Source: Deltaproteobacteria bacterium (GTDB lineage Bacteria; Desulfobacterota; Desulfobulbia; Desulfobulbales; Desulfocapsaceae). From it: a DNA stretch of 64,000 nucleotides. Of the stretch, positions 36,474 through 45,502 are shown one piece after another (position 1 is the stretch's first letter; each line of letters starts with the position of its first letter). Where the stretch lies: assembly GCA_026388715.1 (NCBI GenBank), contig JAPLJF010000012.1, positions 1,649 to 65,648 of the forward strand. The letters run 5' to 3'. A program made the position numbers and the translations under genes. The notes below the pieces were generated by a model that was not told where the DNA came from, ran no database searches, and was given only the letters and a program-made list of their open reading frames with translations.

Positions 36474-38009
36474 CTATAAATCAAACCCGCAATAAGACAG
36501 ACCAAAACTCTTGTTACACAAGGGAAAATCCGAGATCTGTTCATCGCGCAGGGCCATGGCCAACCCGCTCCAATTATGAAAAGAGGGGTCAACAATCTTG
36601 TACCGCCGCAGACGACCGCCGGCATCAGTAATGCCCACGTGAACCACCTCCCCCCGCCAGCCCTCCACCAGAGAGACCGCCAGGGTATTGGCCTTAAGCG
36701 GCCCGACTGGAACCTTGACCGGTCCGGCCGGCAGGCTGGTGCCGATCCTCCGGAGCAGGTCGATAGAGACGACAATCTCCCGGAGACGCAGGTGGGCCCT
36801 GGCCATGGCATCACCGGTTTCCTCAGTGATCATCTCATCAAAAAGCTGCCGATACACCCCGGTGGGGTGAAAAAAACGACTGTCACGGGGGACGCCGCAG
36901 GCCTTGGCGGCCACCCCCACCAGCCCCAGATCTTCCGCCACCGAACGGGACACCCTGCCGGCACCTTCAAGGCGGCCCAGTACCGACGGTTCGTCAAAAA
37001 AGAGATTGAGGGCACCCAGGGTATTGCCCTCAATCTCGTCAATCCGAGTCAGCACCGTGTTGGTAAGCGTCACATCAAGGTCAAAGAGAACCCCGCCGGG
37101 CCGCACCAGGCCCCGTCCAAAACGACTGCCGCACAGGGCCGCGCTCAGGTTGAGATAATCGCCACGCAGGCGGCCGCAAAAAGAAGCGGTGGGCAGAAAA
37201 CCGATATCACCAGCCAGGGCGCCGATGTCGCCCACATGGTTGGCCAATCGTTCCAGTTCGAGGGCCATGGCCCGAATAGACTGGGCCCGCTCCGGCACCA
37301 CGCAGCCACTCAAGGCCTCGATGACCTGACAATAGGCGAGCCCATGACCGATGGTGGTGTCGCCGGCAGTGGTCTCCATCTGGGCCATGGTGAAGGGATG
37401 TGGGCCGGCAAGCAGCATCGGCTCGATCCCCCGGTGCTGGTAGCCCAGGGAGATCTCCAGATGCATCACCTTTTCCCCATAACACTGGAAACGAAAATGC
37501 CCCGGTTCGATGATCCCGGCATGCACCGGCCCGACCGCCACTTCATGCACCCCTTCCCCCTCGACCCGGTAGAACTCCATGTCCCCTGGACGCGGATGTG
37601 TGTCCAGCGGGCGGCCCCAGACATCAGTCTCTCCTTGCCATACCCGATGAAAACGAACGGGTTTGAGCCAGGGATGATCTGTTGGCGTCACCCCGTACTG
37701 TTCGGCAATCTCCCTTTCAAACAGATGGACCTGCGGACAACTCAGAGCAAGTGACGGGAAGCTGGCCCCGACCTCGGTTCGATACACGGCAATTTGCGCA
37801 GAACGATCCCTGGCAATGAGGGCGAACAACTCCAGGCTCTCGTTTTTCCCCTCCCCGGGGACACCAAACAGGGCCGCTACCCTGCCCCCGGCCTTGACCT
37901 CAGCCAGCAGGCAACGGCTGAATTCATCATAGCCCAGCGATTCCACCAGGGTCAGATCAACAGTCCCGCCATTTTTCAGGAGTTGCGCCTCCAGATCATT
38001 TTTCATCAT
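36474..38009 (-). CDS. NuoC-NuoD/HycE-like 'large subunit' lacking the NiFe-ligating cysteine motifs (Ehr-type)
   Basis: 511-aa ORF. GPVHAGIIEPGHFRF and LGYQHRGIE are conserved. At the L1 position it has AGDTTIGH instead of CGxCxxxH. The C-terminus is PLCNKSFGLSYCGFDL instead of DPCxxCxxR. Confidence 0.85.
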   Translation of the reverse strand: MMKNDLEAQLLKNGGTVDLTLVESLGYDEFSRCLLAEVKAGGRVAALFGVPGEGKNESLELFALIARDRSAQIAVYRTEVGASFPSLALSCPQVHLFEREIAEQYGVTPTDHPWLKPVRFHRVWQGETDVWGRPLDTHPRPGDMEFYRVEGEGVHEVAVGPVHAGIIEPGHFRFQCYGEKVMHLEISLGYQHRGIEPMLLAGPHPFTMAQMETTAGDTTIGHGLAYCQVIEALSGCVVPERAQSIRAMALELERLANHVGDIGALAGDIGFLPTASFCGRLRGDYLNLSAALCGSRFGRGLVRPGGVLFDLDVTLTNTVLTRIDEIEGNTLGALNLFFDEPSVLGRLEGAGRVSRSVAEDLGLVGVAAKACGVPRDSRFFHPTGVYRQLFDEMITEETGDAMARAHLRLREIVVSIDLLRRIGTSLPAGPVKVPVGPLKANTLAVSLVEGWRGEVVHVGITDAGGRLRRYKIVDPSFHNWSGLAMALRDEQISDFPLCNKSFGLSYCGFDL

Positions 38010-39469
38010 GGTCTCACCTCCAGCAATGCGGCCGCGTCAGCACAGATATGGCGAACAGGATCCGGCAGATAAACCCCCAGGACGAAGATAAGCAACAGCA
38101 TAATCAATGGCACCGCGGTGGTGGCAAAGGTGTCCCGATAGTTCTCATAGCCTGTGCCTGTCTTCTCCGGCGGGGTTCCAAAGACCACCGAAAGCACGGT
38201 GCTGCCCATACCGATAAAGATAACCGCCAGAAAGAAAAGGAAAAGACCACCGGTCACAAAATGGCCATTACTGAAAACCCCCTGCAGGATGGTAAACTCG
38301 CTGATAAACGGCGCAAACGGCGGCGAACCGGTAATGGCCAGAAAGCCCAGGAGAAAAAGGGTGGCGGAAAGTGGCACCAGGCTTATCGCCCCGCGGGCAT
38401 CAGCCACCTTTTTGCTGCCAAAACGACGATGGATATTGGCAGCCGCCAGAAAGAGCACTCCCTTGGTCAGGGCGTTATTGATCAGATGGAGCATGGCCCC
38501 AAAGGTGGCAATTCCGCCGACACTGATCCCGATGGCGAGAATCCCCATGTGTTCAACACTGGAATAGGCCAGCATCCGCTTAAAATCTGGCTGGCGGACG
38601 ACAAAAACGGCCGCAAAGGCAATAGAGAGAAGACCCATGGCCAGGAAGGCCTCACGCGCCATGACCGCTTCACTGGCGGCATCCATGATCTGCAGGGTCC
38701 GGAGCAGGGCCAGAAAGGCGACACTGGTCAGCCCTCCCGCCAGGAGAGCGCCAACCAGACCGGGCGCCTCGCCGTAGGCATCCGGTTTCCAGGTGTGCAG
38801 GGGGGCAAAACCTACTTTAAGGCCAAAGCCCACCAGAAGAAAGACAAAGCCCGCCCTCAGCCAGGGCCTTGAGTAATTGGCAGCGCCATGGAGGATATCA
38901 TCAAGCTGCAGGCTGACGTGTTCGCCTCCGGCAAGACCGGCGTAGGCGATAAAAAGAATACCCAGCATGGCCAGGGCAATGCCCACCGAACCGAGGAGCA
39001 GGTATTTCCAGGTGGCCTCCATGGAGAGCCGGTTCCGGTTATAATAGATAAGCGGGGCGCTGGCCACGGTGGTGGTCTCTACCGCCACCCAGAGGAGCCC
39101 TAAATGTCGAGATATAGTCGCCAGGGTCATGGCGGAGAGGAAAAGCAGCAGGCAGCCCACAAAGGTTCTGTTTCCCCAGGCGATACGACAACGAAGATAG
39201 CCCACGGCATAAAACGAACAGCCCAAAAAAAGCAGACTGATGACCGGCAGGATAAGACGGCTGAGGGGATCAACGCCTATCCAGCCATTCGCTGTAGTCA
39301 GTGGCCTCCCTGACTGGATGACAAGGAAGGTCAGCGCCAGATGCGGCGTTGCGCACAGGGGCAGCAACAACGGCCGGAGACGGTCTGAAGGCATACTAAA
39401 GGCAAGAACAGAGCCACAGAAAGGCAGAAGGAGAAGGAGTGCAAGGAGGTTATTTTCCATATTATTCAT
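38006..39469 (-). CDS. NuoM/NuoN/HyfF-like antiporter subunit
   Basis: 487-aa polytopic ORF whose stop overlaps the next gene's start by 4 nt (38006-38009). Confidence 0.85.
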   Translation of the reverse strand: MNNMENNLLALLLLLPFCGSVLAFSMPSDRLRPLLLPLCATPHLALTFLVIQSGRPLTTANGWIGVDPLSRLILPVISLLFLGCSFYAVGYLRCRIAWGNRTFVGCLLLFLSAMTLATISRHLGLLWVAVETTTVASAPLIYYNRNRLSMEATWKYLLLGSVGIALAMLGILFIAYAGLAGGEHVSLQLDDILHGAANYSRPWLRAGFVFLLVGFGLKVGFAPLHTWKPDAYGEAPGLVGALLAGGLTSVAFLALLRTLQIMDAASEAVMAREAFLAMGLLSIAFAAVFVVRQPDFKRMLAYSSVEHMGILAIGISVGGIATFGAMLHLINNALTKGVLFLAAANIHRRFGSKKVADARGAISLVPLSATLFLLGFLAITGSPPFAPFISEFTILQGVFSNGHFVTGGLFLFFLAVIFIGMGSTVLSVVFGTPPEKTGTGYENYRDTFATTAVPLIMLLLIFVLGVYLPDPVRHICADAAALLEVRP

Positions 39470-39504
39470 TAATAGTCTCGAAAAAAAACATCAAGGTGGC
39501 GCCA

Positions 39505-40143
39505 TCATTCTTTTAACGACGTAAGATTATCCGTATTCATGGTGGAAAATTCCCGATTGATCTGATGCATGAGAATAGTCATAACAAAGACCCCGACCAG
39601 CAGATCGAGCAGGACACCGGACTCCACCATAAGGGGCATGGCCTCTGTCAACAGCATACCGAAGATAAAGATGCCGTTTTCAAAGATCAGATAACCAAGG
39701 GCCTGGGTGATGGCCTTGCGTCGGCTGATGAGCATGAGAAAACCGGTGGCAAGAGTAGCAAGACCAACAGGGACGAAAAGTGACTGACTGTGTTCGGGAA
39801 TCAGCGGCAACCGACCGCTGAAGATAAAGGCACCGGCTGTGGCCAGCGTGCCGAGGATAAGGGTAGGCACATAGCCGATCAATGGCTCTACCTCCCGGCG
39901 AATATGAACTTGACGGATAGCCCGGAAAAGCAGGTACGGGATGGCAATCCCCTTGAGCAGAAAGGCCACGCTGGCCAGAAACAGCGTATGACCGGAAAAT
40001 CCGTGCGCGAGAAGAGGGAGCAGGGAAAGGATTCCGCCCTGGAAGGCAGTCGTGCGGATACAGCTCGCTAAGCGACTGCTGCCCAGCAGAAAGAAGTTGA
40101 GCAGGATCACCAGCAACAACAGAAGATGGAGGAGAGTATCCAT
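39505..40143 (-). CDS. HyfE-like small membrane subunit (NuoK-related)
   Basis: 212-aa ORF with about 6-7 TM segments, in the position and of the size expected for HyfE/EhrC. Confidence 0.7.
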   Translation of the reverse strand: MDTLLHLLLLLVILLNFFLLGSSRLASCIRTTAFQGGILSLLPLLAHGFSGHTLFLASVAFLLKGIAIPYLLFRAIRQVHIRREVEPLIGYVPTLILGTLATAGAFIFSGRLPLIPEHSQSLFVPVGLATLATGFLMLISRRKAITQALGYLIFENGIFIFGMLLTEAMPLMVESGVLLDLLVGVFVMTILMHQINREFSTMNTDNLTSLKE

Positions 40144-40146
40144 AAT

Positions 40147-41067
40147 TTACCTTAAGAGCAGGATCAGCGAGAAAAAGGAGAGCAGCGAGACGCCCACCAG
40201 GAGTTGAGGAATCCGCAGCAGCCGCAAGCGCGCCATGACAGATTCAATCACCCCGATAACCACGGCCATAAACAGCAGGCCGCCGATAAACAGCAGGATA
40301 TCAAGGGCTATATTGCCGGTTGTTACGGGAAGAAACAACCGTACCACCAGGGCGCCAAGGACCAGGAATTTCATGGCCGCCCCATACAGGATCATGCCGA
40401 GATCCGGCCCGCTGTGATCAAGGACCATGACCTCATGGATCATGGTCAACTCGAGATGGGTGTTCGGATCATCAAAGGGGATGCGGCAGTTCTCCACCAG
40501 GGTCACAATAAACAGACACACCAGAATAAGCAGGAGCGAGGGCGCAGCCGTATGCCAGGATGCGGCCAGGGTCGGGCCGAACATGGCATCAAGTGAAAAC
40601 GAACCTGAAAGCCGGGCGAGAACGATGAAGACAAAAAAGACGGTAGGTTCAGCCAGACAGGAGAAAGTGACCTCACGCACCGCGCCCATGCCCTCAAAGG
40701 AAGAGCCGGTATCCAGTGCGGCGCAGGCGGTGAAAAAACGGGACAGCCCGAAAAGATAGACAAAAAAGATCAGATCACCGCTGAAGGAGATGGGTGCACC
40801 GACAGGGCCAAAGGGGATCAGGAGGGCCGCAAGCACCGGTACGGCAAGCCCGACCACGGGTCCGGCCCGGAAAATCCAGGTGGTGGTGCGGCTGATGACC
40901 AACCCCTTACCAAACAACTTCCAGATATCAAAGTACAACTGGAGGAACGGCGGCCCTACGCGGCCGGCGAACAGGGCCTTGGTCTTGCCGATAACACCGG
41001 ACAGCAACGGGGAAAGGCCGAAAAGCAAAAGCAGATGCAGGAACAGTTGGAGTATTGTTATTCTCAT
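40147..41067 (-). CDS. NuoH/HycD-like membrane subunit
   Basis: 306-aa polytopic ORF. It has the FDDPNTHLELTMIHEVMVLDHSG region typical of HycD/NuoH. Confidence 0.8.
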   Translation of the reverse strand: MRITILQLFLHLLLLFGLSPLLSGVIGKTKALFAGRVGPPFLQLYFDIWKLFGKGLVISRTTTWIFRAGPVVGLAVPVLAALLIPFGPVGAPISFSGDLIFFVYLFGLSRFFTACAALDTGSSFEGMGAVREVTFSCLAEPTVFFVFIVLARLSGSFSLDAMFGPTLAASWHTAAPSLLLILVCLFIVTLVENCRIPFDDPNTHLELTMIHEVMVLDHSGPDLGMILYGAAMKFLVLGALVVRLFLPVTTGNIALDILLFIGGLLFMAVVIGVIESVMARLRLLRIPQLLVGVSLLSFFSLILLLR

Positions 41068-41146
41068 TTCTTATCCATGATTCATCATTCTCCCTTCACC
41101 GCTACCGCCATCCCTGGCTCACGCGGCATTAGACCGTCCCTGGCCG

Positions 41147-43129
41147 TCACCGTAACCCGACCCAGAAGAGGAGCAGGACGGTGGCACTGAAGACATACAG
41201 CATATAGATGTGCAGATTGCCTGACTGCAACCGGCAGCAACGACGGCAATAGCCTGCAAGCCTCTGAAACAGGGGTTTGAAGAATTTTTCCAGCACCGGA
41301 TCAGGCGCGTTAAAGACAAAGGATCGGCGCAGCGGAAAAAAGCCGATGGTGCGGCCGTCCTTGCTTTCCGGGGTCAGACAACTGCACAGGATCCCGCTCT
41401 GGGCAAGTTCACTATAACTCTCAGCGCTGTAGGACATGCGGCTTGAGGGAAAGGCAAAGCCGCAACCCCAGGTGGAGGCAGCAGCCACTGTCGCCCGCCC
41501 CTGTCGCCAGCGGTTAAAGCTGAATGCAGCCAGCAGGGCCCCGATGAGCAAAAACGCCATGATTCCCAACCACCAGGGCGTTATAACCTGGCCGGCAAAC
41601 AGATGTGCCGAATCAGGGTCAAGCAGGACTGCGGCCCGTCCAGTCACCCGCAGCAACTGGATCGGCATGAGGCCACCCGCCAGGCAGAGCAGGGCCAAGG
41701 CAATCATGGCGCTGCGCATGGGCCAGCCAGCCTCGTGCGCCTGGGCCGCCGCCGGGCTGCGTGGAACTCCCAGCAGGGCAATGCCGATGATCCGGGTCAT
41801 GACAATGAGAGCCAGACCGCCCACCAGGGCCAGAAAACCGATAAGCATGACCGGGAAAAAGCCCCCCAGACCGGAAAGGGCGGCGCCGCTCTCCAACAGG
41901 GCACGATAGATAAACCATTCGCCGACCAGCCCATTGAATGGCGGCAAGGCGCAGATTGCCATGCCCCCGCAAACAATCATCAGACCGGTCACCGGCATGC
42001 GGCGCATAAGACCGCCCATGCGGCCAAGATCGCGGCTGCCGCTGCCGTGCATCAGGGATCCTGCCCCCAGAAAAAGCAGACTCTTGAACAGGGCATGGTT
42101 CAAAAGATGGATCAGGCCGCCAGCCAGGGCCAGGGCGGCCACAACATGCTGGCCCGCGGCCCGGCTGTGCATCCAGAAGCCAAGGGCCAGAAGAATGATG
42201 CCAATATTTTCCACGGTGGAATAAGCAAGGCTGCGTTTCACGTCGCGCTGCATAGCAGCCATGGCGATGCCGAACAGGGCGCCGGTGATGCCGATTGTCA
42301 TCAGCAGACCGCCCCACCAGGCAGGAGATGCCGGCAGGAAGGAACACATGCGGAGAAGGCCATAGATGGCGGTCTTGACCATGACCCCGCTCATGAGCGC
42401 CGAGACGTGGCTGGGCGCTGCCGGATGCGCGTCAGGCAGCCAGACATGAAAGGGAAAGATGCCGGCCTTGCTGCCAAATCCCGTCACCAGCAGCAAAAAA
42501 AGCACAGAGGCAACGGGACCGGTGAGCGTGCTCAGGAGATGAAAAGAGGCAAAGTCAAGACTGCCGCAAAAGGCGCCGGCAGTAAGGAAAAATGCGAAGA
42601 GACAGGCCGCGCCGAGATGGGTGGCGAGAAGATAGGTCCACCCAGCCGCCACGACCTCCGGCAGATCATATTCAGTGATCACCAGGAAAAAAGAGGTGAG
42701 CGACATGCACTCCCAGGCAAAGAGGAACAGCAGGCCGTTGGCCGCGGTCACCACCATGGCCATGGAGACAAGGAGCAGATTGTACCAGCTCCAGTGCAGA
42801 CGCGCCTTCTCCTTCCGCATGTATTCGGTTCCGTACAGCGCCCCGACCAGACCAACGATAAAGAGCGGCAGCAGAAAAAAAGCCGACAGCCCGTCGAGGC
42901 GCAGGGAAAACGATCCGCCCGGCATGGACCAGGGCAGGGAAAATGTTGCGGCCGTATCGGCAATCAGGCCCTGCCCGGCCGCAATCAGCCCTGACAAGCA
43001 GCCAAGCACAGCGCTGCCGCCGCCAAGGATGGCGGTGATTTTAGAAGAACGCCAGGGCAGGGCTGCCGCACAGGCGCCAAGCCCCAATACCAACCAGGAT
43101 AAAAAAAGAAAATTCATGCTCAAATTCAC
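41147..43129 (-). CDS. NuoL/HyfB-like proton-conducting antiporter subunit (first copy)
   Basis: 660-aa polytopic ORF, paralogous by eye to 33542-35539 (shared WLPDAHPAAPSHVSALMSGVMVK-type block). Confidence 0.85.
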   Translation of the reverse strand: MNLSMNFLFLSWLVLGLGACAAALPWRSSKITAILGGGSAVLGCLSGLIAAGQGLIADTAATFSLPWSMPGGSFSLRLDGLSAFFLLPLFIVGLVGALYGTEYMRKEKARLHWSWYNLLLVSMAMVVTAANGLLFLFAWECMSLTSFFLVITEYDLPEVVAAGWTYLLATHLGAACLFAFFLTAGAFCGSLDFASFHLLSTLTGPVASVLFLLLVTGFGSKAGIFPFHVWLPDAHPAAPSHVSALMSGVMVKTAIYGLLRMCSFLPASPAWWGGLLMTIGITGALFGIAMAAMQRDVKRSLAYSTVENIGIILLALGFWMHSRAAGQHVVAALALAGGLIHLLNHALFKSLLFLGAGSLMHGSGSRDLGRMGGLMRRMPVTGLMIVCGGMAICALPPFNGLVGEWFIYRALLESGAALSGLGGFFPVMLIGFLALVGGLALIVMTRIIGIALLGVPRSPAAAQAHEAGWPMRSAMIALALLCLAGGLMPIQLLRVTGRAAVLLDPDSAHLFAGQVITPWWLGIMAFLLIGALLAAFSFNRWRQGRATVAAASTWGCGFAFPSSRMSYSAESYSELAQSGILCSCLTPESKDGRTIGFFPLRRSFVFNAPDPVLEKFFKPLFQRLAGYCRRCCRLQSGNLHIYMLYVFSATVLLLFWVGLR

Positions 43130-43845
43130 GCTAAAAGCCCTTGGTGAAAAACAGCCCCTTCCTGGGCAACGATGAATTCGAGCAGTTTTTTACGGGTCAA
43201 CTGCTCCCGGATCCCGGCCAGGAAAGGGGCAGACATGGCGAGACGCCACAGTTTGCGTTCAATAATCGCCATCTCGGTATTATTGGCGGGCAGCACCAGA
43301 AAAAGCAGCTCCGTCTTCCTGTGATCCAGAGCCTTAAAATCCACCGGTTGTTCAAGAAAGGCGAGAATGACCATGGTCTTTCCCAGATAAACCGGCAGGG
43401 CCGGGTCAGGCCGCATCCAGGCAATCCCGGCCATGGAGGAGGAAGCCACCGACTCCCGCGACAGCACGGAGATCTTGATGGCCTTGGTATCCAGGTTGGC
43501 GGAATACGGCAGCGCTGCCAGCAGCTCATCAATGATCTCGTCCCGATTGGTGCCATGGATCCGGTAGAGAACCGCCCCGTTCTCCAGGGCAGAGGCCAGG
43601 GAGATATGATAATCCGTTTTTTGCCGGGGTACGGTGGTGGCCGGCTGTTTCTGATTGTCGATCCAGTCAACGACCTCATCGGCCTTGAAACGCCATTGCC
43701 CGCCGATCTTGACCGCAAAGGGGATCTGGTTGTCACCGACCATCCGATAAATGGTCTTCTCAGAAACACCCAGCTTTTCCGCCACACCCTTGATTGAAAT
43801 AAATGTCTTATCCATTGCCATCCGTTCTTGTCCAAATTTGTCCAA
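43126..43845 (-). CDS. Excisionase/MerR-type HTH fused to a PTS EIIA(Fru/Ntr)-like domain; first gene of the operon
   Basis: 239-aa ORF with a TTG start at 43845; alternative ATGs at 43821 and 43815. HTH is ISIKGVAEKLGVSEKTIYRMV...GGQWRF. The EIIA-like region has GIAWMRP where GIAIPH is expected. It overlaps the next gene's start by 4 nt. Confidence 0.7.
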   Translation of the reverse strand: MDKFGQERMAMDKTFISIKGVAEKLGVSEKTIYRMVGDNQIPFAVKIGGQWRFKADEVVDWIDNQKQPATTVPRQKTDYHISLASALENGAVLYRIHGTNRDEIIDELLAALPYSANLDTKAIKISVLSRESVASSSMAGIAWMRPDPALPVYLGKTMVILAFLEQPVDFKALDHRKTELLFLVLPANNTEMAIIERKLWRLAMSAPFLAGIREQLTRKKLLEFIVAQEGAVFHQGLLA

Positions 43846-43861
43846 TCATGACCAGACACAT

Positions 43862-43891
43862 ATTCTTACGGCGTTGCCTGCTGCTTGTCAA
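43862..43891 (-). promoter_or_regulatory. Candidate sigma-70 promoter for the hydrogenase-like operon
   Basis: On the minus strand: TTGACA, an 18-nt spacer, then AAGAAT, about 20-45 nt upstream of the candidate starts. Confidence 0.3.
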
Positions 43892-43936
43892 TAATTTTCA
43901 GAAAAAAATGAATGGTATTGTGTATTTGTTGAAAAG

Positions 43937-45457
43937 ATGCGAAAAGGTATTCGAGAGTTGCAACAAAAAAATCAGAACAGGACGATTAATCTTCACCCTT
44001 CCAACTCGCCCATGCCTTTTAATATTGAACAAGCCTTACAGATCCTGGAACAGGAGGTGCAAAACTATCAGGTACCGGTGGTGGATCTGATTGCCGTGCA
44101 GACCCATGACCCCTTCAAGGTCCTGGTGGCAACCATCCTTTCGGCCCGGACCAGGGATGAGGTGACAGCACTTGCAGCCGCCCGCCTCTTTACCAAGGCC
44201 CCTACCCCTCAGGCCTTGGCCGCACTCGACGAAAAAACCCTGCAGCAGCTCATCTATCCGGTGGGATTCTACAAAAACAAGGCCCGCTATCTGGCCGCCC
44301 TGCCTGCAGTGCTGGAAAATGAATTTGGTTCTCAGGTGCCAAGCGAGATCGAGCAACTCACCTCCCTGCCGGGCGTTGGCCGGAAAACAGCCAACCTGGT
44401 TCGGGCGCAGGGGTTTGGCAAACCGGCGATCTGTGTCGATACCCATGTCCACCGGATCATGAATATCTGGGGCTATGTACAGACCGCAACTCCCTTGCAG
44501 ACCGAAATGGTCCTGCGGGAAAAGCTCCCTGAACGCTACTGGATCCGGGTCAATTCTCTGCTGGTGGCCTTTGGTCAGGGAACCTGCCGGCCTGTCGGCC
44601 CGCACTGTGACAGCTGCGTCCTTACCGCCCTCTGTCCCCGGATCGGCGTGACCCCAAGAAAAATCAAACTGACGCGGCCCGAAAGGCAATCAGGGATCAA
44701 GAAGCTGGTCTCCTGGAATGTCAATGGCCTGCGCGCTGTGGCCAGAAACGGCTTCACCGATATCGTGCGCGATCTGGCCCCCGACATCCTGGCCCTCCAG
44801 GAGATCAAGGTCTCCCCGGAACAATTGCCGGACTCGATACGGGAAATAGCCGGGTTTACCAGTTATTTCCATCCTGCCCGCAAAAATGGCTACTCGGGGG
44901 TGGCCATTTACAGCCGGGTGCCGGCAGACAAGGTCTACCATGGCCTTGACGACCTCCGCTTTGATGAAGAAGGGCGGGTCCTGACCCTGGAGTTTGGAGA
45001 TTTTTATTTCGTGAACTGTTATTTTCCTAATTCCCGCCACGACCTGAGCCGACTGGGCCTCAAACAGGAATTTAACCGTGCGCTACAGGAATTTGTTGAA
45101 GGCCTGGCCCGCAACAAATCCGTGGTGGTCTGTGGTGATTTTAATGTCGCCCATACCGCAAAAGACCTGGCCAACCCGGAGGCCAATATCAAGAACGCCG
45201 GGTTTACACCGGAAGAACGGCAATGGATGGATTCGTATATCAAGAGTGGATGGGTGGACACCTTCCGACACTACAATCAGGAACCGGGACACTACTCCTG
45301 GTGGAGTTACCGCAGCAACGCCCGCGAGCGGAACATCGGCTGGCGTATTGACTATTTCTTTGTTGATCCCGCCAGCAAAGCACGAATAATCGGTGCTGAC
45401 ATCCTGGCTGACATCCAGGGTTCAGACCACTGTCCGGTGGCCCTGGACTTCAAGTAA
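43937..45457 (+). CDS. Fusion of endonuclease III (Nth, HhH-GPD with FeS loop) and exodeoxyribonuclease III (Xth, EEP fold)
   Basis: 506-aa ORF; the start is more likely the ATG at 44012. Nth half has LPGVGRKTANLV, VDTHVHR and CRPVGPHCDSCVLTALC (C-x6-C-x2-C-x5-C). Xth half has SWNVNGLRA, LQEIK, CGDFNVAH and GSDHCPV. Confidence 0.85.
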   Translation: MRKGIRELQQKNQNRTINLHPSNSPMPFNIEQALQILEQEVQNYQVPVVDLIAVQTHDPFKVLVATILSARTRDEVTALAAARLFTKAPTPQALAALDEKTLQQLIYPVGFYKNKARYLAALPAVLENEFGSQVPSEIEQLTSLPGVGRKTANLVRAQGFGKPAICVDTHVHRIMNIWGYVQTATPLQTEMVLREKLPERYWIRVNSLLVAFGQGTCRPVGPHCDSCVLTALCPRIGVTPRKIKLTRPERQSGIKKLVSWNVNGLRAVARNGFTDIVRDLAPDILALQEIKVSPEQLPDSIREIAGFTSYFHPARKNGYSGVAIYSRVPADKVYHGLDDLRFDEEGRVLTLEFGDFYFVNCYFPNSRHDLSRLGLKQEFNRALQEFVEGLARNKSVVVCGDFNVAHTAKDLANPEANIKNAGFTPEERQWMDSYIKSGWVDTFRHYNQEPGHYSWWSYRSNARERNIGWRIDYFFVDPASKARIIGADILADIQGSDHCPVALDFK

Positions 45458-45502
45458 AATCTTCTTCACGGGTATTTTTTTGTTCACAAGCGGCTGTTTT
45501 TT

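Noticed and set aside
36290-36814. 174-aa minus-strand ORF spanning the large/small-subunit spacer
   Set aside because: Its first two-thirds overlap the large-subunit gene in another frame. The remainder is simply read-through of the hairpin element. It has no SD and no recognisable motifs.
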